Below, in pieces: positions 14,761 to 28,812 of a DNA stretch of 64,000 nucleotides. Below the pieces are notes generated by a model that made no database searches, had not been told where the DNA came from, and worked only from the letters and a program-made list of their open reading frames with translations. Source of the DNA: the human T2T-CHM13v2.0 reference genome, Homo sapiens; NCBI RefSeq assembly GCF_009914755.1, contig NC_060929.1. One strand, 5' to 3'. The stretch's first letter is position 1, and every line of letters begins with the position of its first letter. Position numbers and translations under genes: made by a program.

Positions 14761-15386
14761 TAATATAAAAATAAGTATATACTTTACTGCTAGTTTTTCA
14801 GATTTTTTAAATTTAATGTTATAATAAATAGAGCCTAGCTTGGTATTATTCCTCCCTTACCCCTTTGACAATATAAAATTTGTTACAAATACCTAACTGC
14901 TTTCAGATGCCTGAATGAACTGGAATTTCAGCAGCTATTTATCATCTAAATCAAGAATTGTAAAATTTAGTGATAAGTTCTTGCTATTAACACTCACAAA
15001 AATATTTGATTTATTAAAAGATGAATAATTGATTTTTATAACTGGGGTTAGGACAATTTCTGTTTTCAAGATAACTAGTAAAATTAAGTTGTTGGCTTCA
15101 ACCATTTCTTGAAATCATATACTTTTTTTGGTAGAAAATTTAAGTGACAAATGCAGATAGCTGTTCTCTCTCCTAAAGTGTTATGAGCCACACTGAAATG
15201 CACCTTGTTAACTCTTCCTTTATAAGGGACAAGAATGAAACTTGTGTACAAGAAAATGTGGCGGGTGCTGTTGTTTGGGAGCTAGAGCTTGTTGGCCTCA
15301 TCTAAGTTAGCCACCTGTTCTAGCCTGCATTTGCTGAATAAATTAGATGCTCTTGGGAGAGTGTATGCAGCTGACTGGGTTGCCTT

Positions 15387-15400
15387 GTTACCTAGGCAAC
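15387..15400. promoter_or_regulatory. RFX X-box motif (near-consensus)
   Basis: GTTACCTAGGCAAC fits GTNRCC-N(0-3)-RGYAAC; motif only. Confidence 0.5.
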
Positions 15401-16149
15401 CATTTTTCTTCTGCTCTATGACTCTGAAAGGTTTCATAACTCATTAGTGCTCCTCTGGCCATCAATGAGACAAAATTCCTTTCTTTTCTTTTTTAAGTTC
15501 CTGGTCAAGATGATGAGATTAGTGACAATTAATAAATACTCTTACCATATTTGTTTATTTATACAGGATATTTTCCAAATGTTTGAAAAACTTAGGTCCA
15601 GACCTTAAAGGCACAAACATAACAGTTAAATGGAGGAATGTGCACAATAATGAATAAAAAATGAAAAACATTTTCAATCTCAGATATTTTCAAAGATTGA
15701 AAATATTTTTCAAGTGGAGTTTAAGACAATATGTAAAAACATAGATTCTCTAAGACAGTGGATGAAAACGTATTTTTATAATTATTCCAGCTGTTATCTC
15801 CATCAGGCCTTTTTTACTCTGTCTGATATGGCACAAGAAAGAGCACAAGTTAGCAAAGCTGTTATCAGATCCATAAAGCCATTAATTCAGGGGCTAAGTG
15901 ATCATTTTCAGAATGCCACAGGGCCCAAGGAGTCATGGAGGGATGGCCGACCCTATAATATGGGAACACCATCAGAAATCCATGCAGGCATTTAATCCTG
16001 ACATTTAGACCCCAGGATATTTGTTTTCTTATATTTTGTGATCCGTATTTCTTGTCTTTCCTCTCTTCCTTTATATGTTGTCCCTTTTTATTTCATATCT
16101 TCATGCATTAGAAGAAATCAGTTAGCCTCCCACACAGGTAAATTTCTTA

Positions 16150-16330
16150 AATAGTCACCTTATACTAGGAATTCTACATATTATCCCACTTGCTTCATTT
16201 CTCATGTCAACTCAATGAGATGGATATCATTTATCTCATTTTACAGGTGAGTAGACTGAGGCCAAAGGTAGCAGAGTTGGTATTTAGATTAAGTTGTAGC
16301 TCATTCCAAAGGCATACTTTCTCACTATGC
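16150..16330 (-). mobile_element. MIR
   Basis: Core ctcattttacaggtgagtagactgaggc. Confidence 0.75.
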
Positions 16331-17382
16331 GGTGGTGTCTCTAAAGTTCTATAATAATGACGTATATCCTTTCTGAACGTTGGAGTATTAGGGAGAAAAA
16401 AAAGATGATATTTTGATACATTAAAATTAAGCCTCTAAGAGGGCTCTTGTTCTATTTTTTGTTTGTTTGTTTTGTTTTGTTTTTTGACAAGTAGAATGCA
16501 ACTCTAGGCTCTGCCAAATTCACTGTAGTGCTGGAGCTTTTGTACAGATTATGGGAATAGCCTTATCATACATGGCAATTTCTTTGACACTACTTTTTAT
16601 TATCCTTCTATAAGTACTAGAGAAACTGATTGAAACTGAACCTTAAACTCCCATTCTGTACCGATCTTACTTGTTGTTTGTAGTTGAAGAATAACATCCT
16701 GCTGATATCCACTGCAGGACCGCTAGGACCTCCGTTAGAGATTAAGCTCATGTTTTGATTGTAGACAAACCTTAGTGAAATTAGATTTACCCTAGTTTCT
16801 TATTTTCTAGTGATTGTGCATCCTGAGATTTCAAAGGTGGAAATCATATTTTCAAATACACATTTCATTGATAGATACAGGAAAATTTTAAGATACGGCC
16901 AAATCATGAATAGACAGTTTTTAAAAAGTACAGTTAGCAGTGTCCAATAAAGCAGTGCAAATATTTTACATGGTGTGAAGGCAGGGGGATTATGTTTTTT
17001 TGTTAAGCACATTGTGATTGATCCCTGCTGTAGTTAAAGATTAACACTTCACTAGACATCACAAACATGCAGGAGGAGCACAGAGACGTTATTCTTCTAG
17101 AATACAGGGATTTGACAAAAGAAGAAAACACATACTTGCATTTGCTACAAGCATGATTAATTTGCTTTTTTTCTCTCCTATTTCCAGCATCAATGTAATG
17201 TCTGAAAGTTAGAAGAATATGGCAATTATTTTCAGTCTGAAAAATAATGTTATGCAAAGGCATTCTATTTGCTTTTTGAGAAACACCTTTATTTTCTTTA
17301 TTTGCCTCTGCCATTCTCTTCCACATTTACCTAGATTAGATTAAAATACTACTTTTGTGCTCCAAATAGTGTTCTGGTGCCC

Positions 17383-17570
17383 TTGTTTATTCAATGTGCT
17401 TTCAGCAACATTTATGGTCTCTCTTGTATGAGGTACTCTGCTCAGCGCTGGGCACCCAGAGATGAACATGCAGTCCCTCTGTACCATGAGCTCAGCTTTG
17501 TGAGGGAGACATATAAGGCAGTCAGTGGTCTCTGTAGGTTAAGTACTGTCATGGAGGATAATGCACCTGT
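17383..17570 (-). mobile_element. L2 fragment
   Basis: ttcagcaacatttatgg...ctcagcgctgggcacccagagatgaacatgcagtccct...catgagctca. Confidence 0.65.
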
Positions 17571-18475
17571 GGGTTGAAGGATCTATTAGAAAGTATTTTC
17601 AAATGGAGAGATTCTTCCAGCATCTACTCACACTGAATCTGAATCACCCTCAGTGCTTTGTACTACAGACCATTGTCCCTAACACTTGCCTCAAACACAC
17701 CCTACCCCTCAAAGAATGGCAATCCTCCCAGATGTCTCCTCATCTCTATTGCGTATTTCTGCAACACCTATGATTAAGTTGCTTGATGACCATTAGAGGC
17801 CACAGCACCAATCAGGAGAGCAGCTTACAGGCATGAAGTCCGCGGGCACTTCCCACCAACATTGGAAAGCAACACATTCATGGGATCAGGATTCATTCTG
17901 CTGTTGTTTTAAATCTAAATTTTAAGTACCTCTCTATTTTCACACAGAAGAACTCATATTAAACATATTGATCTCTAACTTGATTTGTTCTCAAATAATT
18001 TGAAGACCTTTTGGTGTACTCAAGTCACAAAGGATATTTGGTGGTGGACCGTGGACAATCCAGACCAAACCTCCAGAGGGAAGGCAACCAAGGTTGTGCT
18101 GGAGAGGCCAGAAGCAGCAAATCATTAAGTCATTTCCATGATGGACTATACTCACTCTGTCTTTTGCCTCTGGTTGTGCCTGTTCTACTTTGTAAATTCC
18201 AAAGAGAGAATTTTTATCTAGGTTGGGCCATATGTCTCTGCACTAGATCAGTCAACCATGGCCGAAGAGAATGGTAGAAGTGACCATTGGAAGCATCATT
18301 ATGAGCTCTCCAGCCACTCCAGCTTGTGCTCTGCAATTACACTGGTTTTACCCTCATTTCCTTGAAAGGAGCCAGTTTCTAAATAAAAGCAACTTACCAC
18401 AACTAACTTCCAATTTATTGTCTCAAGTTTGAATTACTGGGCAAGGCCTCTTTTTTAAACTTTATTTCTTCTTAC

Positions 18476-18618
18476 TTTATGTTATCAGGATCACTATTTT
18501 TTGTATGCATATACATATATATACAGACACACACATAATTTTTGTGTATGTGTGCATGTGTGTGTGTATATACATATATATACATACACACAAAAAATAG
18601 TGATCCTGATAACATAAA
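18476..18618. repeat. Fold-back palindrome with 29-bp perfect arms
   Basis: tttatgttatcaggatcactattttttgt (18476-18504) is the exact reverse complement of 18590-18618; (TA/TG/CA)-rich core. Confidence 0.95.
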
Positions 18619-18626
18619 AGAGATTT

Positions 18627-19066
18627 TATATATATATATAAATATATATATAAATACATATATAAATACATATATAAATACATATATAAATACATATATA
18701 AATATATATATAAATACATATATAAATACATATATAAATGCATATATAAATACATATATAAATACATATATAAATACATATATAAATACATATATAAATA
18801 TATATATAAATATAAATATAAATATAAATATATATATAAATATAAATATAAATATATATATAAATATATATAAATATATATATATAAATATATATATAAA
18901 TATATATATATATAAATATATATATAAATATATATATAAATATATATATAAATATATATAAATATATATATAAATATATATATAAATATATATATAAATA
19001 TATATAAATATATATATAAATATATATATAAATATATATATAAATATATATATAAATATATATATA

Positions 19067-19100
<34 letters not shown>

Positions 19101-19987
19101 AATATATATATATAAATATATATATAAATATATATATAAATATATATATATAAATATATATATAAATATATAAATATAAATATATATATAAATATATATA
19201 AATATATAAATATAAATATATATATAAATATATATATAAATATATATATAAATATATATATATAAATATATATATATAAATATATATATAAATATATATA
19301 TAAATATATATATAAATATATATATATAAATATATATAAATATATATATATAAATATATATATAAATATATATATATAAATATATATAAATATATATATA
19401 TAAATATATATATAAATATATATAAATATATATAAATATATATATATAAATATATATATAAATATATATATATAAATATATATATAAATATATATATAAA
19501 TATATATATAAATATATATATATAAATATATATATAAATATATATATATAAATATATATATAAATATATATATATAAATATATATATAAATATATATATA
19601 TAAATATATATAAATATATATAAATATATATAAATATATATATAAATATATATATATAAATATATATATAAATATATATATATAAATATATATATAAATA
19701 TATATATATAAATATATATATAAATATATATATATAAATATATATATAAATATATATATATAAATATATATATAAATATATATATATAAATATATATATA
19801 AATATATATATATAAATATATATATAAATATATATATATAAATATATATATAAATATATATATATAAATATATATATAAATATATATATATAAATATATA
19901 TATAAATATATATATATAAATATATATATAAATATATATAAATATATATATAAATATATATATAAATATATATATAAATATATATAA

Positions 19988-20020
<33 letters not shown>

Positions 20021-20030
20021 AATATATATA
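18627..20030. repeat. ~1.4 kb AT-rich tandem array, (TA)nAA units
   Basis: TATATAAATACA 12-mers at the left, then (TA)nAA units of mostly 6-14 bp; no G or C from ~18790 to 20030. Confidence 0.98.
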
Positions 20031-20103
20031 GAGATAGGATCTCACTCTCACTATATTGCCCAGCCTGGTTTGGAACTCATAAGCTCAACTAATCCTCCTT
20101 CCT
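20031..20103 (-). mobile_element. Partial duplicate of the adjacent FLAM
   Basis: gagataggatctcactctcactatattgcccagcctggttt...aatcctcct shares private features with 20199-20270. Confidence 0.85.
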
Positions 20104-20195
20104 ATTTATATATCTATATATTATATATAATATGTACATATCTATTAATATATATAATATTTATATATCTATTTTGTTATATATGTAATATATAA

Positions 20196-20342
<147 letters not shown>

Positions 20343-20589
20343 TAACTTCTATTTCTCCCCTTGTTTTGTTTTCTTTATGAGTAATATTGTTTTGCCATAA
20401 ACTTCCATATGGCTTAATTGATCTTGATTTTACTCAAAAATGATTCCTGTCCTCTACAGGATTACATGACCTACGGCTTCCCATATAGTGACTCTCCTAC
20501 TATGGAGTTCTCTTCTCTGTGAGGAACTCTCAGTTAATTTTCCACTGTCTCTGGAGTGGGTTTTTACTAAGATGAATCTTAACAGTAGA

Positions 20590-20990
20590 ATCATGAACAA
20601 ATGAATGGAGGCAAAAGGAAGGAAATACTTTTAGGAGACACAGGAGTGCAGTATATGTGTGGATGTAAGGATAGCTGAGTCTGGAAAGGTAAGAACAGGC
20701 CATGAAGAATTTGAAAGCAATGAGAACCCCATGAAGAATTTTAAACAGAGGAATGACGTGATTAGATATGCATATCAGGAGGGAGGTTAGCTTGATGTAA
20801 GACTTGGTGGCCATTGAAGGGCTAGTGAAATAACCTAAAGAAATAATAAAGTTGAAACCACGGTAGTGGCAGTAAAGGTGGAAAGTGGAGAAGAAATATG
20901 TGAAATGTTTAGGAGGCGGAATTTATAGTACCGGTGGAGTAATGAGGGAGAGAGTTGAGGCTGACTCTGAAGGCTTGGGGATGTTGATGC
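20590..20990 (-). mobile_element. L2 fragment
   Basis: gaagaattttaaacagaggaatgacgtgattaga...gtagtggcagtaaaggtgg...gaggctgactctgaagg. Confidence 0.65.
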
Positions 20991-21000
20991 TACGACTTTG

Positions 21001-22100
21001 GAATGGCTGAGTCAAGCAAATTAACATATGCTTTACCTTACATACTTATCATTTTTTTGTGTGTGGTAAAATCTACTCTCTTGGCAAGTTTTACATGTAC
21101 AATGCATTGCTATTAACTGTAGTCACCATGTTGTACAATAGATCTCCTGAAATACTCCTCTTATCCAATTGAAATTTCGTATCCTTTTCCTCAAATTTTC
21201 CTAATCTCCATCTTGCACCTCTAGTCCCTGGGGGCTAACCAACATTCTAATTTCTGCTTCTGTAAGTTTCATTTTTTAGATTCAACACATAAGTGAGATC
21301 ATGTAGTATTTGGTTTTTTGTGCCTAACTTAGTTCATTTAGCATAATATCCCCCAGGTTCATCCATGTTCCTGCAAAAAGCAGGTTCTTCTTTTTTAAGG
21401 CTGAATAATAGTCCATTGTGTACATACACTACATTTTCTTTAACCGTTCATCCATTGATGGATACTTAGGTGGATTTCATATTGTGACTGTTGTGAATAA
21501 TGCTGCAATGAACATGAGAGGGCAGATCTCTCTTCAAAAAACTGATTTTATTTTCTTTGAATATATACCCAGAAGTAGAATTGCTGGATCATATGGTAGT
21601 TTTATTTTTAATTTTTTGAGGAATTCCATGTTTTTTTCCACAACGGCTGTACTAATTTACATTCCCACCAACAATGTGCAAAAGTTCCCTTTCCTCCACA
21701 TCCTTGCCAATGCTTGTTATCTCATCTTTTTCACAATAACTATTCTAATAGGTGTGAGGTGATATCTCATTGTCATTTTAATTGGCATATATCTGATGAT
21801 TTGAGAGACTGAATATTTTTCCATATATCTATAGACCATTTGTATGTTTTCTTTTGAAAAATGTCTTCAGGTTCCTTGCCCATTTTTAAATTGGGTTGTT
21901 TGTTTCATCGTTACTGAATTGTTTGAGTTTCTTATATACGTTGAATATTAACCCATTATCACATGTGTGTTTTGCGAATTTTCCCTCCCATTTCATAGGT
22001 TGTCTCTTCACTCTGTTTCCTTTGCTGTGCAGTAGGCTTTTAGTTTATTGCAATCCTAGTTTTCTGTTTTTACTTTCGTTGCCTGTGCTTTTGAAGTTCT
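21001..22100 (-). mobile_element. L1MA (MA6-8-like) 3' end
   Basis: aattaacatatgc...aaaatctactctctt...gtcaccatgttgtacaatagatctc; ORF2-end antisense cccagaagtagaattgctggatcatatggtag. Confidence 0.88.
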
Positions 22101-22384
22101 GTGAAATTCTTAACCTTACAATCTGATTGCTGATTCCTAACTGATGGGGCACTCAGGATTTCTAACCCCTTCCTTGTTTCTGACCTCTGATAAGCACTGA
22201 TAAATTAATACAGCCATTATAAAAACATCTGAAATTTCAGCCTGTTAACTTAAGAGTTAACAAAATAGGAATAGTCCTTTCATTTTTTAGTGATAAAATG
22301 TTACATTTTTATTAAAATGTTAAAGAAAATATAGAAATACAAAATGAAGAAAATAAATATAGAAATACGTATTGAAAGATATAA

Positions 22385-22775
<391 letters not shown>

Positions 22776-22959
22776 TATTACATATTCTTTAATATTTAAA
22801 TTGATGCCCTCTGGAGATTTCTCTGTTTACTCTTCATACTATCTAGTATAAGCATTTTTATTTGATTGTAAAAATATAATCTACATCTTTTAATGTACAC
22901 AACAGGTTAAGATTTTCATCTTGCTCTTTGATGGCCACCTGTTTTTCTCTTGGCTCTTC

Positions 22960-23240
22960 CATAATTTATGTAACTAATCTCCTTATGGTCATTGAGTTAT
23001 TTCCAATTTTTTAAATTACATACAACATTAGGATGGGTACATTTCTACAAATATCTTTGCACATTTGCTGATTATTTCCATAGCATGCATTCTCAGATGT
23101 GGACTTTCTGGTCATAAATAGGAATGTTAACATTTTAATGTATGTTGCCACATTTCTGCCATTAGTTTACAAGATTATTACTTTCTTTCTGCACTGTTGC
23201 CAAAAATTCTTTTAAAGTGTCTGCCAATTTGATAGGTGAT
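22960..23240 (-). mobile_element. Old L1ME fragment
   Basis: ggtcattgagttatttccaattttt...atatctttgcac...tgccaatttgataggtga. Confidence 0.55.
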
Positions 23241-23394
23241 CAGAGTCTTACAATTGCCTGGCTCTCCAGGTCCTTATCCATATCTTGGGATCTTGTGCTG
23301 CAGCTACCATGAATAACGAAGACTTCAGAAATCCATCATCTCTCTAAAGGGGATTTTCTTAGTATTGAAAACAAATTTGGGTTTTACTTCTTAG

Positions 23395-23712
<318 letters not shown>

Positions 23713-25501
23713 AGTAGTCACTCTTTTATCACTGCTAGATGAACCCTTTCTTTAAGTGATATCTCTACTACTAAAATGCTTAGCAAGAATCTCTTCGAGG
23801 ATATGAAATTTCCTGCAAGAATCAATTTCCTCTTCCACTCTTCCCATAGATATGCTTTTTCAAAAAAAAAATCTAGTTCTCTTGTTTCAAATATATCAAC
23901 AATATTTGTTCGTATTTGCTTTTTTTTTTTTTTTTCAGTAGGCAAATTGTTCATGTTTGGCCAGAACTGGATGGATAATATATTCTGTAACTTGGACAAC
24001 TAGGGCAGAAGACCCTCCTCAAGTGATGATGGTAATAGTGCAAACTGATTCAAAAGCAGACTTCTTGGACAAGGCATGTGACCAGATTCTGTGGCTGAAC
24101 TTCTGACTTCCAAAGGTTTACTCACAGTTGGGACTTTCTTCCTTTTTGAATCACACTGACCAGGATTTTGTTGAGAGAACACACACAGTGTGGGTAATGT
24201 TTCTGTCCTGTCTTTAGTTTTTGATATAGAGACTTCTTTGCTATAAAATTGAACTGTGTAACATTGATTAAGATTACTCAGGGGAACACTATATCACAAC
24301 AAATGGTTGAGGCAATTCCAAGACTATTGTATTTCATGGTTCCTTCCTCCTCATTCCGCTGGGGCTGACACCTGGCAACCTCTAGTTCCATTTCTATATC
24401 AAAGGTTTAATCATGCAGATACTTTCACAATCAATTTTTTTTCCCACTTCTTCAACAGAATATGAGTTATTTAAGGACACAGAATCTTTGTAAATGATCT
24501 CAGTATTCCCCACACACCTATCCTGCCGAAGGATTTATTTAGGATTCAAGAGATACTGAATGAATTAACTTTTAACTATGAGTTATGCTTCTAAGGAAGA
24601 ATGCAGACATATCAAAGGTATAATAAATTCCTAAGCTTTTTCCCATTTTACTGCTACCAAGTTTATTCAGGCTACCTCTATTCTCTCACATCTCAAAGCT
24701 TTCCCAAGCAACATAGAAGAGATAAATGGCTAACCTTGGCGGTGATTACTCATGGTATTAATCTAGTTCACATCAGAGGAATTTGGTACTACTCAGAATG
24801 CATCTGGTGTCTAGTGATTCAAAGGTTGTCATTCTGCCTTTTATCTTGGGAGAGTTCTGGTTATTTGCTCATGGTCTCACCATGCCCTGATGCTGGTTGA
24901 TTCCTTTGTTTAAAAGATTTGGTCTTTTCCATCGTTTGGAGGCAAATCTATAATGGCACTATGTGATGGAGTGCTCTTTGGAATATTGTCTAGGGATGTC
25001 ATTAAGACACTGTTTACATTATTTGGAAAGTAATGTACCCAGCACCTCCTTAAATCATCTGTGTTTACAATCATTTTCCAAAAAAGTGGGTTAAGATGAG
25101 CTCTATCCTTATGACTATGCTGTCACTTTTGAACCAGGCTAACAAATCCATTTGATGGGACATATTCATGTTGGGATCTAGGACTATGAACAGACAAAAA
25201 AAAAAAAAAACTGAAGTTTGGGTTTCTTTTTCTTTTTCTGCATCTGATGGTATAGCTTTCTTTGGAATACTTATATTTCTAACAATTTCCTTGTCTTGAG
25301 TCAAATAACAATTATGGAGAGATCTATTCTTCATCCTGAACTTCTGGAATTCTTGGCAAAGAGAAAAGGTAGCAATTCATGACATTTGATCTACAGGGAA
25401 CCTATTATTTAGGAAAGATGAGAGAATGATAAATGGAGGAAAATATTTTTCTGGACCAAATGCAGCATTTTAAAATTTTTAATCTGCCTGTTGGTCCAAG
25501 T

Positions 25502-25704
25502 CAGTGTTTCCCAAACCTTACTGCACATTAGAAATCCCTGGGGTGTTTTAATAATAATAATAATAATAACAATATTAATAAATGATAAAAAAGGCAAAGG
25601 TCTTATCTCAAGTACTCTGATTCAAATTTGGGGTTTGTGTCTGGTTGTTTTGATTTTTAAAGCCCTTAAGTAATTCTAATATGCAGCCTGATTTAAAACC
25701 ACTG
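25502..25704. mobile_element. MER5-type hAT MITE containing (AAT)n
   Basis: TIRs cagtgtttcccaaac ... tttaaaaccactg; internal ctgcacattagaa and taattctaatatgcagcc. Confidence 0.75.
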
Positions 25705-27009
25705 GTCTATGTAGCAACACCCCATGATATTCTGATATTGCCCTTTAATATTTTCTTAACAATTTTTTTCATAGTTTTCTTAGTTGCTCACAGTGTTTGC
25801 AACATTCTTCTGGCATCTCTCAAACATCTTTCATGTTAAAATAAGAAAAATATGCTTTTTATAAAGAAGAGACTTCACTGTGGATATGTAATTTCTCTCA
25901 CAATGTGTTTTCATGACATGGAATGAGCATGGCTCAAATATGCAGGGATGGCAATGATTTCTTTGGCTTTAGCTTCTTTGGTCTTATCAGGACTTTGTAT
26001 CAGGGTCCTCATGTGTTTTCAAACTTACCATCGATCTGCTAATAAATTCATATTGTTTTGTACCAGAAAATCCTGAATGATTTGCTTTCAGTCGGTTAGA
26101 AACAACTTTTATCCCTCACTGAGATGAGTTCCTCCTAACCAGATGCTCTTCAAAGTAAATCACCTCTTGGGCAACCCAGTCACTATTTCCTTCTCTGTCA
26201 CCGTTGGCACGCAGGTCTACAGCAAGGCCGCATGACACTTCAACTCTATAAACATAAATGAGATAATAAATGACAAGGTCTCCCGAAAACACCTTTTCAA
26301 CTTTAGGGTCAATGAACTCTGATCTAAATAAACACTTTAGCAGACCACCAAAAGTCAGACACAACAGCCAGAAGAATAGTCCTAATTTCTTCTGTAATTT
26401 TATTTGTTGCAGTTAATTAGCACCAAATAAAATTGTTATGCAGGGACATGGACTCCTAGCATGTGCACATACATACAGTATTTCATTAAAAATATGCTAC
26501 TGATGTCTAAGGCCCGGTGCTGGCTGTCATAGGGACTATACACTTTCATTGGACATAATCTCTTAAGAAATTTACTATCTATCATCAGAGAGCTAAGGTA
26601 GGTATACAAAGATGTAAAACACAAGGTCACAGTGATAAGGGCTATGAGACTGGTACACACTAAATCCCAGTATTTAGAGAGAGTCTTTTCCGCCAGCATG
26701 AGATGCGGAGAAGACAGTTTTTCAATGAGATCCTAGGCAAAATCATGAAGGTGAGAAAACTTTTAATGCTATATTTTAAGAAATTAGGGCAGCTCCTGAT
26801 AATTCTCTCTCTCATTCCAGCTCCCAAATTACTAAACCAAATATATTTTTCATCCTAAATCATGATTGAATGTATTAATTTGTCCCCATTTCTTCAACCT
26901 CTAGGTTTAAGCTATCACCATTTTTCCACTGAACAACTAAAAAAGCCCCTTGACTCTTCTCCTAGTATCCATTCTTGGCCATTGCAATGACTGTATGTAA
27001 TTAGATTAA

Positions 27010-27770
27010 AAAAATACATATTTTAAATAATTGTAGGTTTACACACAGTTGTAAGAAATACCATGAAGAGATCCTTTGTACTCTTTACCCGGCTTCCTTC
27101 AATAGTAATATATTGCAAAACTATAGAACAATTTCAGTAGCAAGATATTGACATTGATACAATCTACCAATCCAGTTTAGATTTTTCCAGTTTGACTTCT
27201 GCTCCTGTGTGTGTGTGAACACGTGTTTGTGTGTGTGTATATGTGTGTGTATTTATTTCTATGCAGTTTTGTCACATACGTAGGCTTCTACATCTACCAC
27301 TACAGTCAAAATACAGACCAGCCCCATCACCGCAATGATCCCTCTTTTTGCCTCTTTATAATTACCCACCTCTTTCCCATTACCTGCTTCTCCCCATCCC
27401 TAAACCCCAGCAACCACTAATCTGTCTTACTTTTCTATAATTTTTTCATTTCAAGAAGGTTATATAAATGAAATCATTTTGGAATTGGCTTTTGTCATTT
27501 AGTACAATTTCCTTGAGATTCAATCAAATAGTTGTGTGTCTCAATAGCTCACATTTTTTAAATTGCTGACTCATATCCCATCATATTCCGTGGTATGCAT
27601 ACATCAGTTTGTTTAACCAGTCACCCATCGAGGGTCACTTGGGTTGTTTTCAGTTTTGACGTCTTACAAATAAATCGGCTATCAATGTTTATGTACAGGT
27701 TTTTGTGTGGCTAAACTTTCCTACTTCTGGGATTAAATGCTCAAAAGTGCATTTTTTAGTATAGTAATTG
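27010..27770 (-). mobile_element. L1MC1/2 3' end inserted in an L2
   Basis: cacagttgtaagaaata...ttgcaaaactatagaacaat...gatattgacattgatacaatc...ctaaaccccagcaaccactaatctg. Confidence 0.85.
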
Positions 27771-27774
27771 CACA

Positions 27775-28260
27775 ATAATCTCATATAAATACGATCTGAT
27801 TGGGTCACTCTCCTTTTTAAAACCTTTCAATGACCTCCCATGACTCTTAGCATCAAGCCAGCAGGTCTAGAAAGCCTTGAAATACCTGGGGTCTGCTCTC
27901 CTTATCCAGTGCCTTGACCTTCCTCTCCCTCTGTTTCTCTCCTTCAGACACGCGGGCTTTCCTTCCATTTCTTAAATGTGCCATGCTTTTATCCTACCAC
28001 AGAGCTTTGGAACATACAGTTCACTCTCAGAATTTTTCACTTTTCCCTTCTCTATGCTGTTTAATTAAACTCTCTCTCTTCTTTCATATTTCAGTTCAAA
28101 TCTCATCCTTGCCGGGGATATCTTCAATGCTACCAGATGTCTCCCTCTATTACATGTCCTGAGAACACTTTATTCTTTCCTTCTGTAGCAAGAGTTTGTA
28201 TGACGTACTTATTCTTTTGAATATTTGTTTCATGGCCATTTCTTTTCATTGGATCACTAC
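27775..28260 (+). mobile_element. L2 fragment (continues ~26860-27000)
   Basis: atctgattgggtcactctcctttttaaaacctttcaatgacctccca...ccacagagctttggaacat...tcagttcaaatctcatc. Confidence 0.7.
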
Positions 28261-28299
28261 TCCGTGTATCTCACTGTTATTAGTGAAAACTCCTTGGTA

Positions 28300-28812
28300 G
28301 AACCTATGACTTGCTACTGACCAATAGAATATGACAAAGATGATGAGATGCCACTTCTGTGATTCCATTCCTGTGATTCCATGATTGCGTTACATCATTC
28401 TCACTTAGCAACCGAGAGAGGGGGAGAAAGGGAAAAAGAGGGAGAGACAGAGAGAGAGGGAGGGAGGGAGGGAGGGAGAGAGAGAAAGAAAGTATTTGTC
28501 TTTCTGGCTTTTATGAAGTAAGCAACCATGTTGAGGCAGTCCATCTGACAAGGTACTGCAGGTGGCTTCTAGAAGCTGTGAGCAGGCTCCAGCTGATGGC
28601 CAGAAAAAAATGTTGGGGTCTTCAGTCATACATCCTTAAGGAAATGAATTCTGGCACAAACATGAGAGAGCTTTGAAGCAGATTCTGATCCAGTTGAGTT
28701 TCCAGATGAAAATGGAGTCTAGACAAAACCTTTATCTCAGCCTTGTGAGATTCTGAACAGAGGGCCCAGGTAAGCCGTGCCTAGACTCCTGATTTCCCCC
28801 AAATTGTGAGAC
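28300..28812 (+). mobile_element. MLT1E-type LTR with GA-rich tract (28416-28490)
   Basis: tgacttgctactgaccaatagaatatgacaaag...aaggaaatgaattctg...cagccttgtgagattctgaacagagggcccag. Confidence 0.8.

Noticed and set aside
17790-17990. ccaatcag...catgaagtccgcgggcacttccca motif that looks like a CCAAT promoter
   Set aside because: Resembles an old hAT-Tip100-type DNA transposon relic from memory; neither call can be supported without a Dfam search.
18627-20030. Possible CRISPR-like or regularly spaced array
   Set aside because: No unique spacers; simple tandem repeat in eukaryotic DNA.
18477-20051. 524-aa minus-strand ORF (and 139-aa plus ORF) rich in Y/I/F/L
   Set aside because: Translation of the (TA)nAA array; stop codons are absent only because of the repeat unit.
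26116-26364. 82-aa minus-strand ORF in apparently unique sequence
   Set aside because: No recognisable domain, non-ATG start and no convincing splice-site pair.
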